Shown in pieces: positions 40,071 to 50,577 of a stretch of 64,000 nucleotides of DNA. The position numbers were made by a program, and so were the translations under genes. Source of the stretch: Holophagales bacterium (GTDB taxonomy: Bacteria; Acidobacteriota; Thermoanaerobaculia; Multivoradales; UBA5704); contig JANNIH010000081.1 in the NCBI GenBank assembly GCA_031404815.1, positions 1,972-65,971 on the forward strand, written 5' to 3'. The notes under the pieces were generated by a model. The model searched no databases and was not told the origin of the DNA. It worked only from the letters and a program-made list of their open reading frames with translations. Position 1 is the stretch's first letter. Each line of letters begins with the position of its first letter.

Positions 40071-40858
40071 GCTTCGCGGCGACGCTGCGCGAACGGGCGC
40101 CCCAACTGTTCCTGGCGCTGCGGACGTTGCGCTACAGCCTTCGCTCCGAGCGGCTCGACCCGGAGACCGCGGCAATCGCGCACGCCCTCTGCGGCTCGGA
40201 GCTGCGGGTCCTCTCCGGCCCGTTTGCGGGCCTCCGCTATCTGCCTTTCGCGAGCGGCAGCGGCCTCCTGCCCAAGCTCGTGGGCTCGTACGAGCTGGAG
40301 ATCCACGCCGCGGTCGAGGCGGCGATCGGACGCGGCCCCGCCCGGGTGATCAACATCGGCAGCGGCGAGGGGTATTACGCCGTGGGCCTCGCCCGTCGTT
40401 TGCCCGGCGCCCAAATTCATGCCTTCGACACCGACATCGTGGCACGCCAACGTGCCCGCCAACTGGCGCACGAAAACGGAGTAGCCGACCGGGTCCGGGT
40501 GGGCGGCCTGTGCCGGCCGGAAGACCTCCGCCGCCTCGCGGGGCCGGGATCGCTGGTCGTCTGCGACTGCGAAGGGTGTGAGCTGTACCTGCTCGACCCG
40601 GTTCGGGTTCCTGAGCTCGTCCTCGCCGATCTGATCGTCGAGCTGCACGATTTCCTCGATCCGGCGATCTCCGCGACCTTGCTCGACCGCTTCCGCCCGA
40701 CCCACGAGATCGAGGTCTTCTCGATGGCGGATCGCTCGACTCTGCATTGGCCCGTTTTGGATGCGCTCGGACCCGAACGGCGCGCGAACGCGCTTTGGGA
40801 GGGCCGTCCCGAAGGGATGCAGTGGGCCTGGCTCCAGGCGCGCGCGGGAAACGTATGA
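40067..40858 (+). CDS. Class I SAM-dependent methyltransferase-like protein
   Basis: 'PKLVGSYELE', 'INIGSGEGYYAVGLA', 'CDCEGCE'. Confidence 0.72.
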   Translation: MSFAATLRERAPQLFLALRTLRYSLRSERLDPETAAIAHALCGSELRVLSGPFAGLRYLPFASGSGLLPKLVGSYELEIHAAVEAAIGRGPARVINIGSGEGYYAVGLARRLPGAQIHAFDTDIVARQRARQLAHENGVADRVRVGGLCRPEDLRRLAGPGSLVVCDCEGCELYLLDPVRVPELVLADLIVELHDFLDPAISATLLDRFRPTHEIEVFSMADRSTLHWPVLDALGPERRANALWEGRPEGMQWAWLQARAGNV

Positions 40859-41763
40859 GCGGCGTCGAACGAGCAAAAGCCCTCCTCAGCCGAACGATTG
40901 GGCCGCGGCGGCTCGATTCTGTACGCCGTGCCTGGCATTGGCTGCGCGCGAGCGATCCGCGGCTCGCCCTGCGTCGGCGGGCTTTTTCTCGCGCCAATGC
41001 CGGCCTCCCCGCCGACCGGATCGAGATCCGCCCCGGGCTGCGGCTGTCGGTCGAGCCGGCCGCGCGCGACGGTTTCGAGTACTTCTGTTTCCGCTCGCTC
41101 GACATGGCCCGCGAGCTGGACGGCTTTCTCGCCCGGTGCCGCGGAGGCGGAACGCCCCGGCGGCGCCTGCTCGACGTGGGCGCTCTGCACGGAATCTTCT
41201 CCCTCGCCTTCTCCGAAGGTCGCGCCGACGCCGAGGCGCTCGCGATCGAGCCGTCCCCACTCGCCTTCCCGGTCCTCGCCGCCAACGCCGGCAGAAATCC
41301 GGCGGCCAAGACCCGGGCTCTCCAGATCGCGGCCGGCGCCACCGAGAGGACGGTTCCGATGCGGCTCGACTGGCACCACCTGGAAGCCTGTGCGGAAGGG
41401 GAGGCGGACGCACCCGGCGTTCTCGCCATTCCCGTCCGTACGCTCGACGCGATCTGCGCCGGAGAGGACTTCGTTCCGGATGTGATCAAGATCGACGTCG
41501 AGGGCTACGAGCTGGAGGTGCTGCGCGGCGCCGCGCACCTGCTCGGGCAAGTCCGGCCGGATCTCTTTCTCGAAGCTCACCCGGCGAGCCTCGGGCGTTT
41601 GGGGACTTCGATGGCGGAGCTGTTCGAGCTTCTGCGGCGGTTCGACTATCGAGTCTTCGACGTCCGGGACCGGCCGGTCTCGGCCGCAGCGTTCGCGACC
41701 GAACGGGCAGTCACGCGGTTCCGCTGCGCCCCCGAGCCACTCGGGCTGCTGGAGCGCGCATGA
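40855..41763 (+). CDS. FkbM family methyltransferase
   Basis: 'LLDVGALHG', 'IEPSP', 'VIKIDVEGYE'. Confidence 0.87.
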   Translation: MSGVERAKALLSRTIGPRRLDSVRRAWHWLRASDPRLALRRRAFSRANAGLPADRIEIRPGLRLSVEPAARDGFEYFCFRSLDMARELDGFLARCRGGGTPRRRLLDVGALHGIFSLAFSEGRADAEALAIEPSPLAFPVLAANAGRNPAAKTRALQIAAGATERTVPMRLDWHHLEACAEGEADAPGVLAIPVRTLDAICAGEDFVPDVIKIDVEGYELEVLRGAAHLLGQVRPDLFLEAHPASLGRLGTSMAELFELLRRFDYRVFDVRDRPVSAAAFATERAVTRFRCAPEPLGLLERA

Positions 41764-42542
41764 TTCGCCGCCTGATCGAGCACTTGAGCCGCGGACGTGT
41801 GCTACGGCGCCGCCTACCCGCTGATCTCGGAGGAGCCGCCGTTTTTGTTACCCCCGACGCGGCGCTCAAGTTCTGGGGACGCGATCTGCGCCGCGTCGAT
41901 CCGGCCCTCCTCGACGCCGCTACCGAACTGGTCTTTCCGGGCGCTTGGGTCTGGGACCTCGGCGCCAACGTCGGCCTGTTCGCGTTCGCAGCGGCTTTCC
42001 TGGCCGGCGAAAAGGGAAACGTCCGGGCCGTCGAGCCCGACCCGTTCCTCGCAAGCCTCCTGCGCCGTTCGGCCGCGAACCAGCCCGCCGGGCGGGCGGC
42101 GGTCGAGGTGATCGAAGCGGCTGCGACCACCACGGCCGGCACGGTCGAATTCCAGATCGCCGAACGGGGCCGGGCCGCCAACCATCTGGCCGCCGTCGAG
42201 GGTTCTTCCCAGGCGGGCGGCGTGCGCACGACCCGCAAAGTCACGGCGGTCACGCTCGACGGCCTGCTCGAAACCGGCCCCGCTCCCGACGTCTTGAAGA
42301 TCGATGTCGAGGGCGCCGAGCTGCTCGCCCTCCGCGGGGCGACGAAACTCTTGACGGACGTCCGGCCCCGCATTTTCTGCGAGGTCACGGCGGAGAACGC
42401 CGGTCCGGCCGGCGCGTTGTTTGCCGCCTTTGGCTACGACGTGTTCGACGCGTCGGTGCCCGCGGCGAACCGCTCGCCGCTCGAAGTGGCGCCTTGGAAC
42501 ACGCTCGCGATTCCCCGGCCGCGGGAGCGCGGTCCGGCATGA
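41760..42542 (+). CDS. FkbM family methyltransferase
   Basis: 'VWDLGANVG', 'AVEPDP', 'VLKIDVEGAE'. Confidence 0.88.
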   Translation: MIRRLIEHLSRGRVLRRRLPADLGGAAVFVTPDAALKFWGRDLRRVDPALLDAATELVFPGAWVWDLGANVGLFAFAAAFLAGEKGNVRAVEPDPFLASLLRRSAANQPAGRAAVEVIEAAATTTAGTVEFQIAERGRAANHLAAVEGSSQAGGVRTTRKVTAVTLDGLLETGPAPDVLKIDVEGAELLALRGATKLLTDVRPRIFCEVTAENAGPAGALFAAFGYDVFDASVPAANRSPLEVAPWNTLAIPRPRERGPA

Positions 42543-43657
42543 CCGAACCCTTGACCGAACCGAAACCGGGCTTCTGGGCGCGAGCGCGGAAGCGGCTCCC
42601 ACGGCTGGCCCTGCTGTTCGCGGTTCTGATTCCGGCGGGCGAAATTCTAGTCCGGGTGGTCGAGCATTTTCTGGCGCCGAGCGGCTCGCTCTACTCGCTC
42701 ATCGTCCCGCGCCCTTCCGGCCGTTTCGTGCTCCGCCCGAACGCCGATCTGATCGTGCCCGAGCGTTACGGCAACATCCGGTACCGCTTGAACCGGGAGG
42801 GGTACCGCGACGCCGACCACGACCCGGAAGGAAAGGCCGCCCGGCGCGTTCTGCTGCTCGGCGACTCGGTCACCTTCGGGCTTGGCGTGGCGCAGGACCG
42901 GACCTATGCCGCGCGGCTGGCAAGCGAGCTGGCGCGGCGGGGTGGGACTTCTCCCGAGGTGATCAACCTCGCGGTTTTCGCCTACGACACGCTCGACGAG
43001 CTGGCCGCCTTTGAGGAGGACGGCGCGAAGTACCGTCCGGAGTCCGTGGTCCTGCAGTTCTATCTCAACGATTTCTCCATCCGCATGAAGGTGAAGGCCA
43101 ACGCCGCCCCAGGGGCCGGCGCGACCACGCCCCCCGCACCGCCGGTTCCCACGTTGGGCCAGCGGCTGATCGCGGTCAAGAATCGCGTCCTGTTCGGCTC
43201 CGCGCTCTATCGCCGGCTCAACCAGCTGGTCGCAGGGGCTGCCTATCGCCTGTTTCACGACCTGCGGCGCGAGCGCTACCCCGAGACGCTCAACCGCGAC
43301 GAGATCCGGGCCGATGCCTCTTACCTGGCCGAGCATCCGGACGATGCGACAGTGCCGACGTTCGAAGCCATCGCCCGGGTTCGCCGGGCGGCGGAAGCAA
43401 ACGGCGCACGGTTCCTGGTCTTCCTTTCGCCCGACGAGGTCCAGCTGTTCGACCGATCCTTCGACGGGGTGACGCAGCGCATTTTGCGCTTCTGCGCCGA
43501 TCAAGAGATCGACTGTTTCGATCCGCTCCCTGCCTTCCGCGCCCGGACCGAGAAGGCCCAACTGTTCTTGGACGGCGTCCACTACAGCGCGCACGGCCAT
43601 GCCGTGGTGGCCGGCCTGCTGGCCGACGAGCTGGCGCGCCGAGGCGCGGCGGAATGA
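42539..43657 (+). CDS. SGNH/GDSL hydrolase-family protein (possibly polysaccharide O-acylation)
   Basis: N-terminal transmembrane helix; 'LLGDSVTFG' and 'DGVHY'; coupled to the acyltransferase gene. Confidence 0.82.
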   Translation: MTEPLTEPKPGFWARARKRLPRLALLFAVLIPAGEILVRVVEHFLAPSGSLYSLIVPRPSGRFVLRPNADLIVPERYGNIRYRLNREGYRDADHDPEGKAARRVLLLGDSVTFGLGVAQDRTYAARLASELARRGGTSPEVINLAVFAYDTLDELAAFEEDGAKYRPESVVLQFYLNDFSIRMKVKANAAPGAGATTPPAPPVPTLGQRLIAVKNRVLFGSALYRRLNQLVAGAAYRLFHDLRRERYPETLNRDEIRADASYLAEHPDDATVPTFEAIARVRRAAEANGARFLVFLSPDEVQLFDRSFDGVTQRILRFCADQEIDCFDPLPAFRARTEKAQLFLDGVHYSAHGHAVVAGLLADELARRGAAE

Positions 43658-44820
43658 CTTCGCCTCCGGAGAAGGTCCATTTCGAAGGGCTCAATGCGCT
43701 GCGCTTCCTCGCCGCCCTGTTCGTGGTGATCGGCCACATCCCGCTCAATCAGGCGAGCGGCGGTCTGCCGAGCCCTTCGTACGGGGCGCTGTTCTTTCGC
43801 GGCGCGCCCGCCGTGGCGTTCTTCTTCACGCTCTCGGGCTTCTTGATCACCTACCTGCTGCTCGCCGAGCAGGAGCGCACCGGGACGATCCGGGTGCGCA
43901 AGTTCTACCTTCGCCGCGTCCTTCGCATCTGGCCGCTCTATTTCGCGGTCGTTGCCTTCGGCCTCGCGTTCTACAACTTAGGTCTGCCGGCCCTCGGCAT
44001 CGCCTACCCCGTCGCCTACCCGGTGCCGCTCGCGGCCCTGCTCTATGTCTTCTTCCTGCCCAACTTGATGAACAGTCTCTACACCGTGGGGGGGATCTTG
44101 AACCCCCTATGGTCGATCGGCATCGAAGAGCAGTTCTACCTCGGCTGGGCGCCCGCGGTGAAACGGTGGCATGGGCGGCTTCCCCGGTTGCTGGCGGCAG
44201 TTTTTACGCTCTCGCTCGCGATCTTCGTGCTCAATCAGCTGGAGGTTTTCGGACCGCACCGGGCGAAGTTGTTCTTCGGCCAGCTCAAGTTCCACTTCAT
44301 GGCGATCGGCGGGTTTTTCGCTTGGGCTTTGGTCGAACGGCGCGAACGCCTGCTCCGCTCCTGGCCGTTCGCGAGCCGGATCGCGCAGTGGATTCTCCTC
44401 GCGCTGCTCGCCGACTACTACCTGTTCAACTGGGCCCGATGGGGCGGTTTTGCCGAAGAGCTGATCCAGCTCGTCCTCTACCCCTGGCTGATCGTCAACG
44501 TCGCCGCCAACCCGCGCCGCATTGTCTCTTTCCGAGGCACGACGCCCGCCCGCCGGGCGCTCGACCATCTCGGGGTGATCTCGTACGGGATCTACATGCA
44601 GCACATGATCGCGGTGTATGCGACGACCGCTCTCTTTCAGCGCACCACCTGGTGGCACGACCGGCACTTGGCGCTCTATTGCCTGGCCTATTACACCCTG
44701 GCGATCGGCTCGACGCTCCTCCTCGCCCATCTCTCCTACCGGTTCTTCGAGTCGCCGTTCCTGCGCCTCAAAGACCGCTTCGCGGTCGTCGCGACCACGC
44801 CCCGCCTACCGGGAGCGTAG
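43654..44820 (+). CDS. Acyltransferase family 3 (OafA-like)
   Basis: 'LNALRF', 'FFTLSGFLIT', 'FYLRR.LRIWPLY', 'WSIGIEEQFY', 'SYGIY'. Confidence 0.9.
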   Translation: MTSPPEKVHFEGLNALRFLAALFVVIGHIPLNQASGGLPSPSYGALFFRGAPAVAFFFTLSGFLITYLLLAEQERTGTIRVRKFYLRRVLRIWPLYFAVVAFGLAFYNLGLPALGIAYPVAYPVPLAALLYVFFLPNLMNSLYTVGGILNPLWSIGIEEQFYLGWAPAVKRWHGRLPRLLAAVFTLSLAIFVLNQLEVFGPHRAKLFFGQLKFHFMAIGGFFAWALVERRERLLRSWPFASRIAQWILLALLADYYLFNWARWGGFAEELIQLVLYPWLIVNVAANPRRIVSFRGTTPARRALDHLGVISYGIYMQHMIAVYATTALFQRTTWWHDRHLALYCLAYYTLAIGSTLLLAHLSYRFFESPFLRLKDRFAVVATTPRLPGA

Positions 44821-45714
44821 TCGGCGCACCCGGCGCCGGCCTTCCGTCACCGCGAGGGAAAACGGCGAGAGCGGTCGCGTGGGGACGGTTCGAATCTCGA
44901 CCGAGGCTTCTCCTTCACGATCGAGCGCGCGGGGAAGAGCCTCCAGCAGACGGCCGCGCACGGGGCTCACGAAATGGAGGGCGACCGCCTCGGCAGGCAA
45001 GGGTCCCGCGGCCCTGGGGATCGCGATCTGGCGCGGGTCGTACAAGCTGCAACCGGCGGCGGCCCCGAGGAGCGCCCAGGCGGTCTGCTCGGTCCACGGC
45101 GGAGCGAACTGAAACTCCGGCCGGGAGAGGTACCACTCCAACAGGTCGGGATCGAACTTGGCCGTGCGATACAGGATCAACCCTGAGTTGACCTTTTTTG
45201 GCAGTCGCAGCCGACGATGGCGCAGAAGATGCCACGAGCGCACCGAATAGGCGTTCTGCACATCACTCATGAAGACCGCGCCGGTGGCGGACGAAGGGAA
45301 GCGGAACAGGTGCTTGAACGGGCGCAGAAACAGGACATCGGCGTCGCAATAGGCGACCTCTTCGCCCGCGGTGGGAATCGCGAGATCGACCAGCTTCAAG
45401 AACAGCGGGTGCTCGCGCCGCGCCCGGGCGAGCGACGGGCGGCGGGCGAGCCAGGGCGCCACGAGGTCGTCGGCCTCCGCGCGGGAGACGTACGACGGCG
45501 GTCCGGCCGAGGAGGCGAGCGCCGCTCCCAGAAGCTCCTTGTCCGATTCGCCGAGCGTGCCGTCGTCGCGCAGGCGCAGGCGGAACGGGTCGGCCGAATG
45601 AGTGACCAGGCTGCCCAGGCAGGAGATCGCCATCTCGACCTGTGCCCGGCCGAGCAGGGAATCGACGATCTGCGGCACGGCCGGCTTGCGATTGGGAATC
45701 GGGGGAGGGGGCAT
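44806..45714 (-). CDS. GT-A fold (GT8-like) glycosyltransferase
   Basis: DxD motif 'YCDADVLF', 'VNSG', 'EQT'; start may be 45747; overlaps the acyltransferase stop convergently by 15 bp. Confidence 0.6.
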   Translation of the reverse strand: MPPPPIPNRKPAVPQIVDSLLGRAQVEMAISCLGSLVTHSADPFRLRLRDDGTLGESDKELLGAALASSAGPPSYVSRAEADDLVAPWLARRPSLARARREHPLFLKLVDLAIPTAGEEVAYCDADVLFLRPFKHLFRFPSSATGAVFMSDVQNAYSVRSWHLLRHRRLRLPKKVNSGLILYRTAKFDPDLLEWYLSRPEFQFAPPWTEQTAWALLGAAAGCSLYDPRQIAIPRAAGPLPAEAVALHFVSPVRGRLLEALPRALDREGEASVEIRTVPTRPLSPFSLAVTEGRRRVRRLRSR

Positions 45715-45835
45715 CGGGCATTTTTTCGCCGCTTCGCGGCCGGGCATCGCATCGACTAGACTAGAGATCGGTTTCCACCCTCACAGAGCCTGTAAATCGG
45801 CGCGGCAAATCGGCAGCAGTATGGAGATCTCCTGA

Positions 45836-46855
45836 ATGAATTGGAAGGACAAGCAGGTCCTGGTCACCGGTGGTGCCTCTTTCATCAGCTCGCACCTGAT
45901 CGACCGGTTGGCCGAGAAGGGCGTTCTACGCGTCCGCGTGGTCGATGACCTGACCAGCGGCAAGCTGGCGAATATTCAAGGTCATCTCGATTCGGGGCTG
46001 GTCGAGTTTCGGCAGGAGGATCTGCTGGCCCCGGGGGTCGCGCAGACTTCGGTAGCGGGCATCGATGTCGTGTTTCACCTCGCGGCGATCCATGGCGGTC
46101 GCGGCTATGTCGATCTGCATCAGGCGGCATGTTCGCAGAACCTGGCGATGGACGGCATGCTGATCAAGGCGGCGTACGAGGCGGGGGTGGACAAGTTCGT
46201 CTTCGCCTCCTCCGGCTGCGTCTACCCGAACTTCATCCAGCAGGATGTGACCAAAGAACTCTACCTGACCGAAGAGATGGTCGGGCCGCCCTACGATGCC
46301 GACAATATGTACGGCTGGGCGAAGCTGATGACCGAGATGACGCTCCAGTCGTACTACAAGGACTTTGGGTTCAAGGGCGCCTCCTGCCGTTTCTTCACCG
46401 TCTACGGCGAGCGCGGGGTCGAGAACCACGCGGTGATCGCGATGATCGCGCGCGCCTTCATCCGCCAGAATCCGTTCGAGGTCTGGGGGGACGGCACCCA
46501 GATCCGCAACTGGACGTACGTCGGCGACATCGTCCGCGGCATGATCCTCGCGGCGGAGAAGATCGACGACGGCACGGCGATCAACCTGGGCACCGAAGAG
46601 CGCACGCAAGTGATCGACGCGGTTCGCGAGGTGCTGCGCTACACCGGCCAGGAGGCCGAGATCAAATACCTGCCGCACATGCCCACCGGGCCGCTCAATC
46701 GGGTCGCGAGCAATCGGTTGGCACGAGAGCTGCTGGGCTGGGAACCCGAGATGAAGTTCATGGACGGCCTGCGCCGGACCATCGACTGGTATTTCGGCAG
46801 CCGCGAGCGGGAAGCGGTCTCCGGCTACCTCCAGGAGATGCTCACCGAGCGCTAG
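45836..46855 (+). CDS. NAD-dependent epimerase/dehydratase (GDP-mannose 3,5-epimerase-like)
   Basis: 'VTGGASFISSH', 'ASSGCVYP', YxxxK as 'YGWAK', 'GDGTQIR'. Confidence 0.88.
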   Translation: MNWKDKQVLVTGGASFISSHLIDRLAEKGVLRVRVVDDLTSGKLANIQGHLDSGLVEFRQEDLLAPGVAQTSVAGIDVVFHLAAIHGGRGYVDLHQAACSQNLAMDGMLIKAAYEAGVDKFVFASSGCVYPNFIQQDVTKELYLTEEMVGPPYDADNMYGWAKLMTEMTLQSYYKDFGFKGASCRFFTVYGERGVENHAVIAMIARAFIRQNPFEVWGDGTQIRNWTYVGDIVRGMILAAEKIDDGTAINLGTEERTQVIDAVREVLRYTGQEAEIKYLPHMPTGPLNRVASNRLARELLGWEPEMKFMDGLRRTIDWYFGSREREAVSGYLQEMLTER

Positions 46856-46888
46856 CCTTTTTCGTCCGAAAGGTTGGTCCGGCTTTCG

Positions 46889-48037
46889 ATGCACAAGTTG
46901 GTCTATCTCTGCGACTGGCTGCCGCCCGACTTCGGGGCGGTCGGCCAGTACAGCGTACTGTTTGCCCGCGAGCGCGCGGCGGCCGGCCAGGATGTTGTGC
47001 TCGCCGGCCTCTCTTCCAAGGGTGATTCAGTAGAAGAGGAGAGCGCGGGGGCTGGGCGGCTGCGCATCGTCCGCCTGGCCGCGCCGAGTTACAACCGGGC
47101 GAACTTCCGCGGTCGCGCGCTCTGGACCCTTCGGACCAACCTCCGGCTGCTCTGGCGTTTGGCCCCCGAGCTGCGCCGGTCGGACGAGATCCTGTTCACC
47201 GGGAGCCCGCCGTTCCTGATCCACTTTTTGGTCCCCGCCAACCTATTTTGGCGCAAAAAGTTGACTTACCGGATCACCGACTTTCACCCCGAGTGCCTGA
47301 TGGCGGAGCTGCCGCGGGTACCCGCCTGGCTGCGCGCCTTCTTCTCGCTGACCGTGGCCCTTCGGCGGCGGGTCAGCGGCTTCGAGGCGCTCGGGGAAGA
47401 TCAGCGTCGTCGCCTGCTCGATCTGGGGATCCCTGACGCGAAGATCCGGATTCGGCGCGACCCGGCACCGGTCGAGATCCCGGCGGATTGCTCTCCGCTG
47501 CCGCCTCCCGCCGAGCTTTCTGGCCGCACTCTGCTGCTCTATTCGGGAAACTTCGGCGTCGCCCACGACGCCGCGACCTTCATCGAAGGGTACCTGCTGC
47601 ACCATTCCAAGGGTTCGGGACGCGTCGCTCTCTGGTTGAACGCCACCGGGGCGCGCGCCGATCAGGTTGAAGCCGCCCTGCGCGCAGCAAAGCTGCCGAT
47701 CCACCGAGCGCGACCGGTTCCGCTCGCCGAGCTGGCACGCCTTCTGGTGACACCGGCCGCCCACCTGATCACGCTCCGCGACGAGTTCGTCGGCTACGTC
47801 TTGCCGTCCAAGGTCCATGCCTGCATCGAGTCGGGGCGCCAAATTTTGTTCATCGGCAGCGCAGAATCCGATGTCGATCTGCTCTGTCGTGAGCGCATGC
47901 CCACCGCGGACTACCGGCGGGTTTCGGTGGGCGACTCTTCGGGTGTCGCCCGGGCGCTCGAAGCGATCGCGGATTCGGCTCAGGCATCCGCAAAGGAATC
48001 GGTCGGCGAACCAAGAATGATGGCCGCAATGCGATGA
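46889..48037 (+). CDS. WcaI-like GT4 glycosyltransferase
   Basis: '[14 protein letters not shown]', 'YSGNFGVAH', 'LPSK'. Confidence 0.7.
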   Translation: MHKLVYLCDWLPPDFGAVGQYSVLFARERAAAGQDVVLAGLSSKGDSVEEESAGAGRLRIVRLAAPSYNRANFRGRALWTLRTNLRLLWRLAPELRRSDEILFTGSPPFLIHFLVPANLFWRKKLTYRITDFHPECLMAELPRVPAWLRAFFSLTVALRRRVSGFEALGEDQRRRLLDLGIPDAKIRIRRDPAPVEIPADCSPLPPPAELSGRTLLLYSGNFGVAHDAATFIEGYLLHHSKGSGRVALWLNATGARADQVEAALRAAKLPIHRARPVPLAELARLLVTPAAHLITLRDEFVGYVLPSKVHACIESGRQILFIGSAESDVDLLCRERMPTADYRRVSVGDSSGVARALEAIADSAQASAKESVGEPRMMAAMR

Positions 48038-49164
48038 AGACCCTACTCCTCTACGCCGCGGGCGCCTTCGCCGTCGCCGGTTTGATCACCCACCTTCTGG
48101 TGCCTCCGATCACCCGGCTCGCGATTGCGCTGCGCGCGCTCGACCATCCGGGCGGCCGGCGGCAGCAGAATGCGCCGGTGCCGCGCCTGGGCGGTGTTGC
48201 GATCGGGATCGGCCTCGCGCTCTCGGCGAGCGTGGTGGCCCTGCTCCAATGGCAGGACTGGCAGGCGAGCATCCTGCGCCAGGATTTGGTCGCACTGGGC
48301 CTGGGCACCGCGTTGGTTTTCCTGGTCGGCCTGGTCGACGACCTGGTCGGGGTCTCGACGGCGAAGAAGTTTTTGGTCGAGCTCGGCGCCGCGTTTCTGC
48401 TCGTCCGCGTCGGCTGGTCGTTCTCCGAGCTTCGGCTGCCGTTTTTCGGCGAAGTCGACCTCGGCCTGTTCGGCCCCGCGGTTTCGCTGCTCTGGATTGT
48501 CGGCGTGACCAACGCGATCAACCTGCTCGACGGCCTCGACGGGCTGGCCGGCGGGGTGGTCGCGATCATCTCGGGAACCCTGCTTTCGCTCGCGCTCATC
48601 CAGCAGAACCCCGGCACGGTCGTGCTGATGGCGGCGACCGCCGGCTCTTGCATCGGATTCTTGCGCCACAACTGGCAGCCGGCGAAGATCTTCATGGGGG
48701 ACGCGGGATCGCTCACGCTCGGCTTTCTGCTCGCCGCCGCGAGCGTCCATTCGTCGATCAAGGCGCCTGCGGCGGTCGCGATTCTGGTGCCGTTGCTCGC
48801 CTTGGGGCTCCCGGTGTTCGACACACTCCTGGTCATGCTGGTGCGCTTCATCGATCGGCCGAAGAGCCGCTGGGCGGAACGCTTTCTGCGCATGTTCCAC
48901 GCCGACCGCAACCACATTCATCACCTGCTCGACCAAGCCACCTCGGGGCGCCCGAAGGCGGTGGGCACCCTCTACGGTGTCGCGGTCAGCTTCTGCGCCA
49001 TGGCCCTCCTGGTGGCGACCACGGGGGACTCCACGCTCGGCATCCTCTTGCTTGGCTTGGAGCTCGGAGTGATCGTTCTGATCCGCCGCCGCGGCCTGGC
49101 TTCTCGGGCGCGCCGACAGGCCGAAACGCACCGCGAGCCGGTCGAAGGCACACCCGGCGTTTGA
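48034..49164 (+). CDS. MraY/WecA-family polyprenyl-phosphate sugar-1-phosphate transferase
   Basis: 'PRLGG', 'GLVDD', '[13 protein letters not shown]', 'IFMGDAGS', 'DRNHIHH'. Confidence 0.9.
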   Translation: MKTLLLYAAGAFAVAGLITHLLVPPITRLAIALRALDHPGGRRQQNAPVPRLGGVAIGIGLALSASVVALLQWQDWQASILRQDLVALGLGTALVFLVGLVDDLVGVSTAKKFLVELGAAFLLVRVGWSFSELRLPFFGEVDLGLFGPAVSLLWIVGVTNAINLLDGLDGLAGGVVAIISGTLLSLALIQQNPGTVVLMAATAGSCIGFLRHNWQPAKIFMGDAGSLTLGFLLAAASVHSSIKAPAAVAILVPLLALGLPVFDTLLVMLVRFIDRPKSRWAERFLRMFHADRNHIHHLLDQATSGRPKAVGTLYGVAVSFCAMALLVATTGDSTLGILLLGLELGVIVLIRRRGLASRARRQAETHREPVEGTPGV

Positions 49165-49190
49165 CCCGCCGCGTCACCGCGCCGTATCCT
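49161..49190 (+). promoter_or_regulatory. Putative sigma70 promoter for ribBA
   Basis: TTGACC-N18-TATCCT; same -10 hexamer as the groES promoter. Confidence 0.45.
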
Positions 49191-49295
49191 CGACCGGTGG
49201 CGGAGCCTGCGCGCTCCGCGTCGTCTGATCCGGCCGTCCCCTCCTCCACCCCTCCCGGCTCCTCGCGAGCCGTTCCGCCGCCGAAAGAGCCCGAC

Positions 49296-50510
49296 ATGCC
49301 GCAGGATTCCCCCTTCGCTTCGATCGAACAGGCCATCGACGAGATCCGCCGCGGGCGCATGGTCATCGTGGTGGATGACGAGGACCGCGAGAACGAGGGC
49401 GACTTGACCCTCGCCGCCGAGAAAGTCACCCCCGATGCGATCAACTTCATGGCCCGATTCGGCCGCGGGCTGATCTGCCTGGCGCTCACCGAAGAGCGCT
49501 GCAACCAGCTCGAGCTGCCGTTGATGGTCGAGACCAACACCTCCCCCTACGGCACCGCGTTCACGGTCTCGATCGAGGCCCGCGGCAAGATCTCGACCGG
49601 CATTTCGGCTGCCGACCGCTCGGCGACCATCCGCACGGCGATCGATCCGCGCACCCGCCCGGAGGATCTCCTCCGCCCCGGGCACATCTTCCCGCTGCGC
49701 GCCCGGCGCGGCGGCGTGCTCAAGCGCGCCGGCCAGACCGAGGCCTCGGTCGACCTGGCAAAGCTCGCCGGGCTCACCCCCGCCGGGGTGATCTGCGAAG
49801 TGATGAACGACGACGGCTCGATGGCCCGAGTCCCCGATCTGACCAAGTTTGCCGCCGAGCACGGCCTGTTGATCGTCACGGTGGCCGATCTGATCAGCCA
49901 TCGCTTGCGCAACGAGACCTTGGTCAAGGAGGTCGCGGCGCCGCGCCTGCCGACGGAGTATGGCGAATTCCGCATCCACGCCTATCGCTCGGACGTCACC
50001 GGTGACGAGAACATCGCCCTCGTGATGGGCACGATCGACCCCGAGGAAGCGATTCTGGTTCGCGTCCACAGCCAGTGCCTGACCGGCGACATCTTCGGCT
50101 CGGCGCGTTGCGACTGCGGCCCCCAGCTCAACCAGGCCCTCGCCCGCATCGGCATCGAGGGGCGCGGCATCCTGCTCTATCTGCTCCAGGAAGGGCGCGG
50201 CATCGGCCTGATCAACAAGCTGCGCGCCTACGAGCTCCAGGATCAGGGCCAGGACACGGTCGAGGCGAACGAGCACCTCGGCTTCCGCCCCGACCAGCGC
50301 GACTATGGGATCGGCGCCCAGATCCTGCGCAATCTAGGCGTGCGCAAGATGCGCCTGATGACCAACAACCCGAGCAAATACATCGCCCTCGACGGCTACG
50401 GCCTGGAGATCGTCGAGCGCGTGCAGCTGGAAGTCCCCCCCACCGACGCCAGCCGCGACTACCTGCGCACCAAGCGGGATAAGCTCGGGCATCTGTTGGA
50501 ACTGGTGTAG
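49296..50510 (+). CDS. ribBA: Bifunctional DHBP synthase / GTP cyclohydrolase II
   Basis: '[11 protein letters not shown]', 'GISAADR', '[11 protein letters not shown]', '[10 protein letters not shown]', 'RCDCG', 'QEGRGIGL'. The track's 753-aa ORF includes a spurious upstream extension. Confidence 0.96.
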   Translation: MPQDSPFASIEQAIDEIRRGRMVIVVDDEDRENEGDLTLAAEKVTPDAINFMARFGRGLICLALTEERCNQLELPLMVETNTSPYGTAFTVSIEARGKISTGISAADRSATIRTAIDPRTRPEDLLRPGHIFPLRARRGGVLKRAGQTEASVDLAKLAGLTPAGVICEVMNDDGSMARVPDLTKFAAEHGLLIVTVADLISHRLRNETLVKEVAAPRLPTEYGEFRIHAYRSDVTGDENIALVMGTIDPEEAILVRVHSQCLTGDIFGSARCDCGPQLNQALARIGIEGRGILLYLLQEGRGIGLINKLRAYELQDQGQDTVEANEHLGFRPDQRDYGIGAQILRNLGVRKMRLMTNNPSKYIALDGYGLEIVERVQLEVPPTDASRDYLRTKRDKLGHLLELV

Positions 50511-50577
50511 GGGACCCTCTGGGTCAGTCTTCTCGGCGCGAGCCTTCCGCCGCGCTCCGATCCTCCGGAGGATCTCC

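Noticed and set aside
44887-44896. tRNA T-loop-like GGTTCGAATC
   Set aside because: Lies inside a CDS with no surrounding cloverleaf or acceptor stem.
48249-49295. Apparent 349-aa N-terminal extension on RibBA, and similar extensions in track ORFs 24266-26221, 27463-29133, 30577-32373, 39527-40858, 40761-42542 and 41945-43657
   Set aside because: The extensions overlap real upstream genes in another frame; true starts coincide with stop/start overlaps or motif onset.
49165-49295. FMN riboswitch upstream of ribBA
   Set aside because: The leader is only about 130 bp and lacks the conserved AGGGCGGGGTGAAATTCCC-type core.
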